Below are positions 29,711-39,758 of a DNA stretch of 64,000 bases, piece after piece. The notes beneath the pieces were generated by a model. It did no database searches and had not been told where the DNA came from. It worked only from the letters and a program-made list of their open reading frames with translations. Source of the stretch: a virus. The DNA lies in the IMG/VR virus record IMGVR_UViG_3300038463_000401; one strand, given 5' to 3'. Within the stretch, counting starts at the first letter, position 1; each line of letters starts with the position of its first letter. The translations under genes were made by a program, and so were the position numbers.

Positions 29711-31675
29711 ATGAAGAAGTTTCTACTCTTACTTTTAGCTATGCTGGTCTGCCCGCGCGCAGATGCCGGCCTTACGATGCCCTATACCGACGAGGTGCAG
29801 AACGCCGCGGCCGACGCCAACACGGGCACCACTGCGGGCGAGCTTTTGTCGAATGACTTGACGGCCATCGGCCAGCACCTCAACGTTCCCCTAAAGCTGT
29901 ATTCAACCGGCACTGACTCAAAACTCCATGTCGGTGCTAGCATCGTTTCCGCTGGTGACGGCGCGGGCAAAGTCAGGCCGCCTCTTAGCGGTGCGCTGAA
30001 TACTGCTTGGACTGATACCACCATCGATTTTCAATCGGGTGCGGTCAGCGGCGGTACAATACATACAAACGGCAGTACGTTCGCCTTACCCACTATTACC
30101 ACTGGCCATTACATCACTATGGCTTTGGGCTGGCGCAGCGATGGTACAGTTGACACAAACTTTTCGCCGGATACGTCGACCCTCGGTGCACAGCAGGATG
30201 TCGGTCTGACGTTTCTGCCTCTCGCAGGCGAGCAGAAGCTTGGATACGTCCTGCTTCAGGCCACTGGCGCTGCGGCATACAAGACAGCTGGATCCGCCAC
30301 CGCAATCATCCAGATGGCTGTAAGCGGCTCTCCTACGATTATTAGATTGCTTGACGCGGAGGCGTCGCCACTGACTACTGCGGGCGACCTCTACTACTTC
30401 TCAACTAAAGACGACCGGCTTGCGCTCGGCGCCACCGGTACCGTGCTTCACGGAGGCAGCAGCGCCCCGTCGTACAGCCAGGTCGTGAATGCCGACGTCG
30501 CTACTGGCGCGGCGCTCGCTTGGTCGAAGCTCGCCACCGGCACAGCGAATCAGTTGGCCTATACCAACGGCTCCGGTGTCCTAACGACATCGTCGAACAT
30601 GGCCTATAACGGCTCTCAAGTCACACTCGACCTGACCGACAGCTATGGCGGGTTCAAGGTCAAGGGAGCGAGCGGTGGCGAAGCATCGTTCAGCTTGCAG
30701 CCGGATAACGTCAGCGACGGCGCCACCGGCCAGTGGATCTTCTACACCAACGGCTCAGGGCTCAATAGTCCCAACGACTTTGCCATGTATGACAGCCAGC
30801 TCAGTGCTCCAGCGCTGATACTGCAGTCCTCAACTGCCAACGTCGGTATCGGCACGAACAACCCGCTGTCCAAGCTCTCTGTGGGCGTGGGCAGCGTCGA
30901 CGGTCTTCGGGTCACGTCCTCTGGATCGGGCTATGCCCGCATTTATGGCCCTGGCACAGGCAGCTATAGGAACTATGGCTGGGCAGCAAACTATACATCT
31001 GCCGGACTCTTTGAGCTGCAGCAGTCGACGACCGCCGCCGGTGACCCAACCCTAACCATCATGGGAACGGATGGAACGCACTTCGGCTTTGGCGGTGGTG
31101 CTAGTGGGCTTAATAGCACTCTTAACGTAGACGGCAACGTCAGCGTAGGGAACGCCTACTACGGAACTGCGGCACCGGTCCATGGGATGATTATCCAGGG
31201 ATATTTGGGACTTGGTACAACAAGCCCCAATACGTCGCTCCATGTTAATGGCGGGACGACTATGCAGGGCCTTAGTTCCCCGTCGCTACCTACCGGTAGC
31301 GCGGGCAACGGCGTCCTTTACTTCGATACTGTAGCGGAGAAGTTCCTCTATTCGGAAAATAATGGAACATTCATCTACTGGGACACCCCGGCTGCCGCCT
31401 ACACACTGACCAACCACACGATCAGCGGCACTGCCAATACGCTGCAGAACCTTGCGACTGAAGATGATTTTACCGGTGATGGGACGACAACCAACTTCAC
31501 CCTAGCCGAGACCATGACGGCTACCCGCTTCGTCCAGGTCTTTGTCGACGGCCGAGTCCAACGCGAAGGCGGCAGCTACTCATGGACTCGCACCAATGCA
31601 ACACCTGGCCATATCGTCTTTAATGTGGCCCCGGACAGCGGGTCTTGGGTCGACGTAACGATCGTGAATCAGTAA
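29711..31675 (+). CDS. Fibre-like protein with Sec signal peptide
   Basis: MKKFLLLLLAMLVCPRADA; VGIGTNNP and LGLGTTSP fibre repeats; C-terminal DFTGDGTTTNFTL domain. Confidence 0.7.
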   Translation: MKKFLLLLLAMLVCPRADAGLTMPYTDEVQNAAADANTGTTAGELLSNDLTAIGQHLNVPLKLYSTGTDSKLHVGASIVSAGDGAGKVRPPLSGALNTAWTDTTIDFQSGAVSGGTIHTNGSTFALPTITTGHYITMALGWRSDGTVDTNFSPDTSTLGAQQDVGLTFLPLAGEQKLGYVLLQATGAAAYKTAGSATAIIQMAVSGSPTIIRLLDAEASPLTTAGDLYYFSTKDDRLALGATGTVLHGGSSAPSYSQVVNADVATGAALAWSKLATGTANQLAYTNGSGVLTTSSNMAYNGSQVTLDLTDSYGGFKVKGASGGEASFSLQPDNVSDGATGQWIFYTNGSGLNSPNDFAMYDSQLSAPALILQSSTANVGIGTNNPLSKLSVGVGSVDGLRVTSSGSGYARIYGPGTGSYRNYGWAANYTSAGLFELQQSTTAAGDPTLTIMGTDGTHFGFGGGASGLNSTLNVDGNVSVGNAYYGTAAPVHGMIIQGYLGLGTTSPNTSLHVNGGTTMQGLSSPSLPTGSAGNGVLYFDTVAEKFLYSENNGTFIYWDTPAAAYTLTNHTISGTANTLQNLATEDDFTGDGTTTNFTLAETMTATRFVQVFVDGRVQREGGSYSWTRTNATPGHIVFNVAPDSGSWVDVTIVNQ

Positions 31676-31697
31676 GATAGCAGCACGAGGGGAAACC

Positions 31698-32861
31698 GTG
31701 ATGAAACCATTCTTGATAGCTCTGCTAACAGCCCTGTTCGCTTCGCAAGCGCAGGCGCAAAGCTTGCAGAAGGGCCATACTACCGAGCTCCTGCACGAAA
31801 GCGCGGAAGCCCCTATCGGCGTTATCGTCGGCACGCAGCTGAACAACGTCATCCATGACATTGGGTTGACAGTTGACCAGCCTGGGAGGCTATCTCAGAC
31901 CTGGCCGACGGCCGACGCAGTGCTGCATATCCGCGCGCCGCAAACCACCGCCGGGGATACCTCGGCGCGCTCTGTCGCGGCAACTAACAACTTGGTGCCT
32001 TTGTCCACGACCGACACGACGATTAACTTCCTGACAGGCGGCACCACCGGCGCCACGGTCTATACCAACGGCGGCACGTTCACGCTGCCCACCTCGACGA
32101 TTGGCAACTACGTTCGTATGGTCGCGGTGCTTCAGAAAGACGGCACGATCAATACGAACTTCTCAACGCAGCAAACCACCGTGGCCGCGCTGACCAACCC
32201 CGGCACGCTGCTCGGCTCACTATCGGGTGATCCGCTTGGCTGGCTAGATCTGCAGGCCGTGACCACGACCACCTACAAGTCCGCTGGCGCAGGAACATCG
32301 GTGATCCAGAACTCGGTCAGCGGCACGCCGACGGTCACGAGTTTCGGCTCAGGCGGCGGTGGCGGCAGCGGCGCCGGGTCAAGCTTCATCCTCTGGCACC
32401 CGGTTGACGGCAATGCTCCGATCTATGCGGAAGAGTTCAGCGAGTTCACCTATCAGTTCCCGGCGGGCGGGGGGCAGCAGCTGCGGGGAACGCTGCAGAT
32501 TCCTGGTACGTACATCGCGGGGAATCCCGTAAAGCTGTACTTGTCCCAATATTCTCCTAGCGTTACAGGAACGAGCCTCCTGACGTGCACATCGTACCTC
32601 ATCCAAAAGTCCGCTGCGACAGCAGTCAGCTCGACCACTAACAGCAGGACCTCGACAAACACCGCGATCAACCTCGCGACGCTGGCGGTGGCTAACGGCT
32701 ACTACCAAGTTACCTGCGATGTGACGGACACAACGGGGCACATCAATTCGGTGGCAGTGAGCCCAGGAGATATCTTAGCGGTCTATGTTACTCGCGGGAC
32801 GGATACAGATACCGCGGACCTACGGTTTTTGCCGTCGGCGGTTGGCATATCCCTTCAATAA
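31698..32861 (+). CDS. Signal-peptide protein, paralogous to the N-terminal domain of ORF 29711
   Basis: MKPFLIALLTALFASQAQA; shared DTTI.F..G...G.TI/V.TNG.TF.LPT domain. Confidence 0.7.
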   Translation: MMKPFLIALLTALFASQAQAQSLQKGHTTELLHESAEAPIGVIVGTQLNNVIHDIGLTVDQPGRLSQTWPTADAVLHIRAPQTTAGDTSARSVAATNNLVPLSTTDTTINFLTGGTTGATVYTNGGTFTLPTSTIGNYVRMVAVLQKDGTINTNFSTQQTTVAALTNPGTLLGSLSGDPLGWLDLQAVTTTTYKSAGAGTSVIQNSVSGTPTVTSFGSGGGGGSGAGSSFILWHPVDGNAPIYAEEFSEFTYQFPAGGGQQLRGTLQIPGTYIAGNPVKLYLSQYSPSVTGTSLLTCTSYLIQKSAATAVSSTTNSRTSTNTAINLATLAVANGYYQVTCDVTDTTGHINSVAVSPGDILAVYVTRGTDTDTADLRFLPSAVGISLQ

Positions 32862-32871
32862 CGGTTAACTA

Positions 32872-33681
32872 GTGCAAAACATCATTTACAGCATAAAAGA
32901 CGAAACGGGGCGAGTTCGCTACATTGGGCAAACATCCTTGGGGCCATCTCGTTTTAAACGCCACATCTCTGTGGCAAAAAAGGTTAGGGGCCGCGCTCCC
33001 GCAGTTATCTGGTGGATCAGAAAGCAGCTAGATCTTGGACTTTGCCCTGTCTTTAGCATACTCTACACTGTTAGTGATTCTGAGCAGCTGAATGACCTAG
33101 AGATGATTGCCATTGCTAATTATAGGGCTACAGGGACTGATCTATTAAACCACACTGACGGCGGTGGCGGAATGCGCGGCTTTCGGCTTTCTAAAGAGCA
33201 CGTCGAGAAGATGGCCCAATCAAGGCGGGGTAAACCTAGTTGGGCCAAAGGTATACCAAAACCTCCAGAGGTGAGAGAGAAAATACGCAAGTCCCTATTA
33301 GGTAGGAAGATGCCGGAGGAACAACGACAAAAACTTGCCGTAGCTATGACCGGTACCTCTCGTGGTGTAGGAAGGAAGCATAGCCGGGAGCATTGCGAAA
33401 AATTAAGAAGGGCTGCTCTTGGCAAGAAACGTGGCCCAATGAGCGAGCAGGGTAGAAAAAATATAAGTGCGGCGAAAAAAGGCAAGCGCCTGGGCTACAA
33501 GCATAGCGAAGGGTCTAAGCGTAAGATGAGCGAGAGTCGGCGCGGCATACCCTGTGCCCTTCGCGGCAGAATCTTGCCCGAAGAGACCAAAAGAAAGATG
33601 AGCGAGGCTCGCTATAGATGGTGGGAGCGCGCTAGGATGTCAACGACTACTGACGAGGCAGCCAATGAATCAGCTAATTAA
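32872..33681 (+). mobile_element. Free-standing GIY-YIG homing endonuclease with NUMOD3-like repeats
   Basis: IIYSIK...RYIGQT N-terminal motif; repeated basic units such as HSEGSKRKMSES and LPEETKRKMSEA; visibly more AT-rich than flanks. Confidence 0.85.
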
Positions 33682-36238
33682 ACTTCTCGCGTTCATTCTA
33701 GCATTCGGCAGCAACATTGCTCTTGCGCAGTTCACGCAGGTCCAACGCCAAGAGTTTGGTCCCCAAAACCTACTTGCGCCGTACAACCCAGGTTTTGAAA
33801 ACGGCAAGGCTAGGTGGACGAACACCGGCGCAACATTCACGACGACCACGACGTCGTCGAATGTCGGCTTTGGCACGACCAGCGCTGTCTGGACACCGTC
33901 TTCGACAGGGCAAACGCTGGATAGTACCGCGGTGACGTTGCCTGCGGGCATGCTGGGGGCGAACTGCCTTGCCTCTCTATGGTACAAAGGCGGGGACGCC
34001 AACACGACCTTCGAGGTCTATGACGTCACCTCCAGCGGCATCGTCGCTGGCGCGTCGCAAGTCCTGGCCGCCCAGACCAACTATGCCCCCGTCCTGATCC
34101 CGTTTATCTGCCCAGGCACGCAAGATTCGATCAAGCTGCGCCTGACGTCGACCGCGAGCGGGGCTGCTGTCTATCTCGACCAAGCCTTCCTCGGCACGCC
34201 CATGGCGAACAGCGTCGTCCAGGCGAGCCCTGTGGTTTATAGCCAGGGTAAGACGGCGATCGTCGCGGTCGGTTCGACCGGCAACAACCAAGCCGGCCAC
34301 ATCCTGACGGCGACGGAGTGGCCGTTCACGACGGCAGGGAAACTGGCCTACTACAACTTCTCGTCATCGACGACGACCGATAACTCGGGGGCGCTGTCGT
34401 GCTCTAGCGGAACAGTGGCTTGTACGCTGACCGCGACTGGTCCGCCGACGATTGGCAGCGCCAACATTTTCAATACGGCTAGCGCAGCGCTGACGCTGAA
34501 CGGGACGTCGCAGTATGTCAGCAGCTCAGATTCATTTTTCAACCCAGGTAATGGCAAATCTTTTGATGTCGGCGGTTGGTTTGCAGCTACCAACTGGTCA
34601 TCTGGGGCCGCCCATTATTTGCTGTTCCAAGGGAACACTAGTGACGTCGCTTTCGGTATTTATCTAAATACAGACAATTCCATCAATTTTGCCGCCACCA
34701 ATACAGCTGCTTCGTTTGATACGACCATCAGTATCGCTGCTCCTGGTTTTTCGGCTAACAGTTTTCACCACTTTGCTATGGTCTATAATTATACGACCAC
34801 AACTCTTTATGCCTACATTGATGGAAAGATGGTTGGTAGCGCAATTCAAAGCAATGTGCGCGCGGCATCAAGCGCTAATTTCAAGATAGGTGCGCAAAAT
34901 TCTCAGTATTATTTTGCGGGTGCTATTGAAGATGTTTTCTTCATAAATAATACCGTCATGACGTCCGACGATATCCGCAAGACGATGGCGTTGTCGATCG
35001 CCCACAACAAGAACCTCCCAGCAGCCAGCCAGCTCTGGTCCGGCAACTGGTATCGAAGTGATGCGAACATCGCTAACCAGCTCACGTCGTCTTGGATCGT
35101 GTCAAAGACGCCGAACACGCTCTATGCCGACTTCTCTGACTTCGCTGCCGGGGCCTTCGTCGACTACTCAATGCAGACCTTCGGCATGACGGCGACGACG
35201 GCGCAGTTCACGGGGTATGACTCTGGGTGGCTATCTTCGACCCCCGGTACGACGATCGCGCACGGCCTCGGCGGGGCGCCGGACACGGTGAAGGTACAAT
35301 ACCAGTCTGGTGCGTTGACAGCCGGTGCTTATCAAGAGTTGCCTAGTGGCTCATACTGTTCGTATGACAGTACCAACCTCTATTGCGACTGGACGGGGCT
35401 GACCGTGAGCGGCTCGGCGCAAGTTCGCATCTTGGCGTGGCGCGGAAACGCCAATACTGTAGTGCCCGCCGCTAACGCGAGCACGAACGGGCTTGTCAAC
35501 ACGAGCGCGCAGACGTTTGGCGGGACGAAGACTCTAAGCGGAGGCGTATTACTCCCCATAGACACGGTGTCATCCGCAAACTATGCCATGACAAACTCTG
35601 ACGGATACGCTGAGGTTGATGTCAGCACTGGATCGTCGCAGCGCACCATTACATTGCCGAATCCGTCTCAGAACGTCGGCCGAAAGATCACGATCAAAAA
35701 GACTGACAGCGGCGCTGGCACGGTGCTGATTAATCCATACGCTTCGGAGACGATCGAGGGGGCGTCGAGCAACACGCTTAACGCGCAGAATAGCTTCGTG
35801 CGGCTCTACACCGATGGTACCAACTGGTTTAGTGAGGGATCTTGGGACTTGCTATCTGCCACAGGAGCTGGATCACCATCTAATGGCAATTACGTCAATA
35901 GTGCTAGCCTGTCTTTGCCTCCCGGTGTCTGGTCAGTATCTGGCATGGGTGAGTTCAATCAGGGTGGCACACAGCTCGGCACTCCGGGCATTCTAGCGGT
36001 CGGTATTTCTACATCATCGTCATTGCTAGATTCGACCAGTAGTGGTGGTTTCTTTGCGACATTTGGTGTCAATACCATCATTACTGCATCAAACACCGGA
36101 CGCTTCCCGGTTAACCCGCGCATCTTTAGTTTCACGTCGGCAACGACGGTCTATCTTGTTCAGCGTATCGACTACGGTACTTTAAACGGTTTCGCTTTTG
36201 GCGCTGCTACCAATATGGCAGCTATTCGGTCGAAATAA
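33665..36238 (+). CDS. Signal-peptide adhesin-like protein with LamG/concanavalin-A-like domain
   Basis: MNQLIKLLAFILAFGSNIALA; LTLNGTSQYV...FHHFAMVYN...YIDGK...FAGAIEDVFF; TITLP...IKKTD...TIEG...DGTNW domain. Confidence 0.75.
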   Translation: MNQLIKLLAFILAFGSNIALAQFTQVQRQEFGPQNLLAPYNPGFENGKARWTNTGATFTTTTTSSNVGFGTTSAVWTPSSTGQTLDSTAVTLPAGMLGANCLASLWYKGGDANTTFEVYDVTSSGIVAGASQVLAAQTNYAPVLIPFICPGTQDSIKLRLTSTASGAAVYLDQAFLGTPMANSVVQASPVVYSQGKTAIVAVGSTGNNQAGHILTATEWPFTTAGKLAYYNFSSSTTTDNSGALSCSSGTVACTLTATGPPTIGSANIFNTASAALTLNGTSQYVSSSDSFFNPGNGKSFDVGGWFAATNWSSGAAHYLLFQGNTSDVAFGIYLNTDNSINFAATNTAASFDTTISIAAPGFSANSFHHFAMVYNYTTTTLYAYIDGKMVGSAIQSNVRAASSANFKIGAQNSQYYFAGAIEDVFFINNTVMTSDDIRKTMALSIAHNKNLPAASQLWSGNWYRSDANIANQLTSSWIVSKTPNTLYADFSDFAAGAFVDYSMQTFGMTATTAQFTGYDSGWLSSTPGTTIAHGLGGAPDTVKVQYQSGALTAGAYQELPSGSYCSYDSTNLYCDWTGLTVSGSAQVRILAWRGNANTVVPAANASTNGLVNTSAQTFGGTKTLSGGVLLPIDTVSSANYAMTNSDGYAEVDVSTGSSQRTITLPNPSQNVGRKITIKKTDSGAGTVLINPYASETIEGASSNTLNAQNSFVRLYTDGTNWFSEGSWDLLSATGAGSPSNGNYVNSASLSLPPGVWSVSGMGEFNQGGTQLGTPGILAVGISTSSSLLDSTSSGGFFATFGVNTIITASNTGRFPVNPRIFSFTSATTVYLVQRIDYGTLNGFAFGAATNMAAIRSK

Positions 36239-36248
36239 GGGAGACACC

Positions 36249-36836
36249 ATGATCCGCATCCTTCTCTCCATCCTCCTCCTGCTCTCCACGACGGCCCGCG
36301 CCGACGACGTGCAGGGGATTTTCTACAACGCCGTGACTGGACAGGTTTCGGCTAAGACACGAGCAAACGGAGATAAACTTTTAGACCAGACGGCGTTGGC
36401 AGCCGACGCGATTTATACGTGCGACATCCTCTCGAATTTTGCATCTGGATGGAGCAGCAGCTCGAATACCTACAACACCAACTCTTCAACAAACAAGTAC
36501 ATAGACACGCTTAGTAGTTATAGTGGCACTACGTGGACTGCCAAAGTTGCTGGCACCTATCGCGTAACAGCAACCGGATACATCACCAAGACCTCGGGGA
36601 CGTTCACCACAGGCGATGCTATCGCTGCCGCCTTTATTAAAAATGGCTCGATTTATGGAACTGGGCAGAATGTCGATGGCTCTGGCGCCGTAGCTACCAA
36701 CCCGTACACGCTGACAGGATTTATTCCCATGGCTGTCGGTGACACGTTGATTGTCAGATTGGGCTGGAACGGCACTGGCGGACATACGTTCACTGGCACG
36801 GTAACCTATGCCTGCCTCACTGTTTCACGTCTTTAA
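36249..36836 (+). CDS. Signal-peptide protein with C1q/TNF-like domain
   Basis: Start revised to ATG 36249 (AGGGAG RBS): MIRILLSILLLLSTTARA; WTAKVAGTYRV...FIKNG...MAVGDTLIV. Confidence 0.65.
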   Translation: MIRILLSILLLLSTTARADDVQGIFYNAVTGQVSAKTRANGDKLLDQTALAADAIYTCDILSNFASGWSSSSNTYNTNSSTNKYIDTLSSYSGTTWTAKVAGTYRVTATGYITKTSGTFTTGDAIAAAFIKNGSIYGTGQNVDGSGAVATNPYTLTGFIPMAVGDTLIVRLGWNGTGGHTFTGTVTYACLTVSRL

Positions 36837-36930
36837 TTGAGGTGACTATGAACCGCATCCTAATCCTATGCCTGCCTCACTGTTTCACGTCTTTAATTAA
36901 GGAGCACCCATGAACCGCATCCTAATCCTA
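36805..36930 (+). repeat. Imperfect tandem duplication of a stop-RBS-start junction (period about 60 bp)
   Basis: CCTATGCCTGCCTCACTGTTTCACGTCTTTAATT at 36805 and 36865; ATGAACCGCATCCTAATCCTAT at 36848 and 36910; the RBS segments between them differ. Confidence 0.9.
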
Positions 36931-37503
36931 TTCCTCGCCATCCTCTCCACGTCGGCGCAGGCGACTGGTGTAGATATCCCTGCGGCAAAAAACCTCACGG
37001 GGGGAAAGAGCTGCCTCTATAGCGGATCAAGCGCCGAGGTCTGTGCCGCAACGGCCGGTACAGCGCCGAGTGGCAACGTCGTCGGGACGTCGGTGACGAT
37101 TAAAACGTCAAGCGGCGTGAACGTCACGTCCGGGACGCAGGCTTATCCGATCTTCGGATCGGCGTCGGTCCCAGCTGGTGTCTGGTTGCCTTGTGTAAAT
37201 ATACAGATTGTCGATACAGGCACCGCCACGGTCAACGAGTCAGATGCCATTGGGTTCACTACGGATAGCAGCGCGACGACATGGAGTGACCTAGATCTTA
37301 CGGGCATCACGAATTCGGTTACGCCAAGCGTCATATTGGGGGGTGCAACGCTGACAGCCACGCAGATTCGGTGGGGCGCCGGTTCGTGTTTTCCACCGAT
37401 TACAGTAGCGTCGCCGACTACTTATTATTTCAAGTCGATCAATCGTGTGACCTCTGGGACGCTGACATATAACGGATTTTTGACATTCACCCGCGTCTAC
37501 TGA
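36910..37503 (+). CDS. Signal-peptide protein with fibre-tip-like domain
   Basis: MNRILILFLAILSTSAQA; SVPAGVWL...PTTYYF resembles the C-terminal SLPPGVWS...ATTVYL domain of ORF 33665. Confidence 0.65.
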   Translation: MNRILILFLAILSTSAQATGVDIPAAKNLTGGKSCLYSGSSAEVCAATAGTAPSGNVVGTSVTIKTSSGVNVTSGTQAYPIFGSASVPAGVWLPCVNIQIVDTGTATVNESDAIGFTTDSSATTWSDLDLTGITNSVTPSVILGGATLTATQIRWGAGSCFPPITVASPTTYYFKSINRVTSGTLTYNGFLTFTRVY

Positions 37504-38336
37504 TGCGCTCTCTAGTCTTCTCCGGCGAAGGCGCCAAGGGCGGCTTCCAGGCCGCCATTGCTTTACAGCGTGCGCAGCAGCCTGATCTAGTAATCGGCAC
37601 CAGCTCGGGCGCGGTTAATGCTGTCGGCTATGCTTACCTAGGCCCGCAGGGCCTGGTAAATCTATGGAAGACGATCAATAGCACCAGCCAAGTCTTCCGG
37701 CTGAGCGTGCTGGACGCGCTGGTAGGCAATGGCCTCTACTCGTCAGCGCCGATCAACAAGATCCTTCAGGATGTGATCTACGATAACAAGCCGTCCTGCG
37801 AGGTGATCGTAACGCGCGCCAGTGACGAGACCGGCGCACTCGAATACGTCTCTAATCGTGCCGTAGGCACAGATGAATTCTATGAGGCAGTCTGCGACGC
37901 CATCGCCATCCCCGCAGTGGTCGACCATCCCGATGGATTTGTTGACGGCGTTGTCGGCACGGACTTGCCGCTCAGCTATGCAATCCAATGCGGCGCTACC
38001 GATCTGACCGCGATCATAGGTACACCGCCTATTCCGTATGCCGTTACCTCCAAGGCATGGCCGGTGTTCGACTTCATCAGCCGCGGCTACCGGTTTGTCG
38101 ACCTCCTCCTAAACCAAGTCATGTTTGGGGATCTTGCAGTTTGCACTCTGCGCCAACAGATCAACCCATCGATTACCCTACGGGTATACGGGCCGAGGGG
38201 GTATCTCTTCGAGCCACTTGACTTCGCGAGTACAGTTCATGGCGTGGAAATGGCTATGTCTGGCCAGTACGGAGAGTGGATTTACTCATCTAAAGGCTGG
38301 CAGTTCTCTGGTACACTTGGGGGGTATCCCTTCTAG
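37503..38336 (+). CDS. Patatin-like phospholipase
   Basis: LVFSGEGAKG glycine-rich loop, GTSSG nucleophile elbow, FVDGV catalytic Asp motif. Confidence 0.85.
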   Translation: MRSLVFSGEGAKGGFQAAIALQRAQQPDLVIGTSSGAVNAVGYAYLGPQGLVNLWKTINSTSQVFRLSVLDALVGNGLYSSAPINKILQDVIYDNKPSCEVIVTRASDETGALEYVSNRAVGTDEFYEAVCDAIAIPAVVDHPDGFVDGVVGTDLPLSYAIQCGATDLTAIIGTPPIPYAVTSKAWPVFDFISRGYRFVDLLLNQVMFGDLAVCTLRQQINPSITLRVYGPRGYLFEPLDFASTVHGVEMAMSGQYGEWIYSSKGWQFSGTLGGYPF

Positions 38337-38345
38337 GAGGCCCCC

Positions 38346-38750
38346 GTGCAAGACACTACCGCCTTGTCCAACGAGGCGCTTCTCGCCATTTTCGCGGCAA
38401 TCCAGGTGTTGTCCGTCGCCTTGTCAAAGGTAATCGACTATTTCGTTGACAAGAGCAGACAAGACCCTGTCGAGGCGAAGATCGATAAGCTTCTTGAAAA
38501 TGATGATGAGCGCCAGGAACATATCAAGTCCAACTACGATATGTACCGCATGATTGCCGACATGTACGCGATGCATAAAGTGATTGACGACGAAGGCCGT
38601 CCGGTATGGTACTTCCCTAAGAAAATGCTGGATATGGCGGATAAGCATCTTGAGCTGCTGCGCGACATTTCCAATGCGCAGAAGGAAACAGCCTCAAAGA
38701 TGGAATCGATTGTTAGTCAACTTATGTGCATAAAGGCGAAGCATGACTAG
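38346..38750 (+). CDS. Membrane-anchored coiled-coil protein (holin/spanin-like position)
   Basis: N-terminal hydrophobic segment ALLAIFAAIQVLSVAL followed by a charged helical region. Confidence 0.5.
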   Translation: MQDTTALSNEALLAIFAAIQVLSVALSKVIDYFVDKSRQDPVEAKIDKLLENDDERQEHIKSNYDMYRMIADMYAMHKVIDDEGRPVWYFPKKMLDMADKHLELLRDISNAQKETASKMESIVSQLMCIKAKHD

Positions 38751-39687
38751 GTTATTTTTAATTTCATTAATAATCGCCTTGGCAGGCTGCCATAAAGCAC
38801 CGTCAGCTGTGGACAGCAACGGGCTACCAGCCCCGGAAGACGTCTCCCACTTCGACAGCCAGTTTGCCACCATCGCCGGCCTAGCCATGCTCCACAACAT
38901 CGACCCTAACGGGCAGATTGCTTTAAGCACGCCGGAGGGCGGATGGGCGGACCAGGGCGATAGCTTCTTCTTTACCGGGCTGACGCTGGCCGCGTTTGAC
39001 TGCGCCCCCGGCACGCCGCTACTCGCGGTGATCCTGAAAGGCATTTACGACAACGGCGGCATGATCCCGAGCCACAACCCGCTGCTACCCAACTTCACAG
39101 TCACGTCGCGCGACCAAGTCACCGGGGTCATGCTTGGCCTTGTAGAGCGTTGGCGCCGCTGCCCTGCCGATAGGCCTGCAATCGCGGACGCTTGGCGCGC
39201 GCACATCGCGTATGTCGCCGCCAACGGCGGCAACCTCGGCCCCACCGCGGACGCGGACATGCTCAGTTTGCGCTGGCTGTGGGGCCAAGTCGGTCAATAC
39301 TTCGGCGTTGGCGGCGCCGGTGGTTCAGAGGATTCCTTTGAGGTGAGCCTCGTAGCCACGGCTGCGAGTATCAACGCAGCGCACAGTGCTTGCTACCCCG
39401 TTCATACTGGCACACTGCAGGCGATCATCGCGGCCAAGATCCATCAGCCGATCGCGGGTAAGGGTGCGTTTTGCGACGCAACCCGCGGACTTGGTTTACC
39501 ACTCACTGAGTGGATGTGCGGCCGCGCAACCGGCCAATCCTGGCTTAAGCAGTTCGAGCCGGATGTGTGGATAGACCAAAATCAGCGCTGCCCCAACTGG
39601 GAAGGCAAGCCGGATGCCGGCGGCAATATGACGCCGGGTGTTGACTTCTTCGAGGTTTACCGATTAGCCGCAGAAGGCAATAGCTGA
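38743..39687 (+). CDS. Predicted lipoprotein of unknown function
   Basis: MTRLFLISLIIALAGC lipobox; Cys-rich helical body. Confidence 0.7.
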   Translation: MTRLFLISLIIALAGCHKAPSAVDSNGLPAPEDVSHFDSQFATIAGLAMLHNIDPNGQIALSTPEGGWADQGDSFFFTGLTLAAFDCAPGTPLLAVILKGIYDNGGMIPSHNPLLPNFTVTSRDQVTGVMLGLVERWRRCPADRPAIADAWRAHIAYVAANGGNLGPTADADMLSLRWLWGQVGQYFGVGGAGGSEDSFEVSLVATAASINAAHSACYPVHTGTLQAIIAAKIHQPIAGKGAFCDATRGLGLPLTEWMCGRATGQSWLKQFEPDVWIDQNQRCPNWEGKPDAGGNMTPGVDFFEVYRLAAEGNS

Positions 39688-39712
39688 CAAGCCTTTCCAG
39701 GGAGTGTACAAT
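39684..39712 (+). promoter_or_regulatory. Host sigma70-type promoter
   Basis: CTGACA (39684-39689), 17-nt spacer, TACAAT (39707-39712). Confidence 0.55.
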
Positions 39713-39758
39713 CAGGCTCTCTGTGCCCACTTTTTACCCACTTGGGGAGGATTATCCA

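Noticed and set aside
36805-36930. Repeat as a diversity-generating retroelement TR/VR pair or a CRISPR array
   Set aside because: Only two adjacent copies; differences form one block rather than adenine-specific changes; no reverse transcriptase or cas gene in the window.
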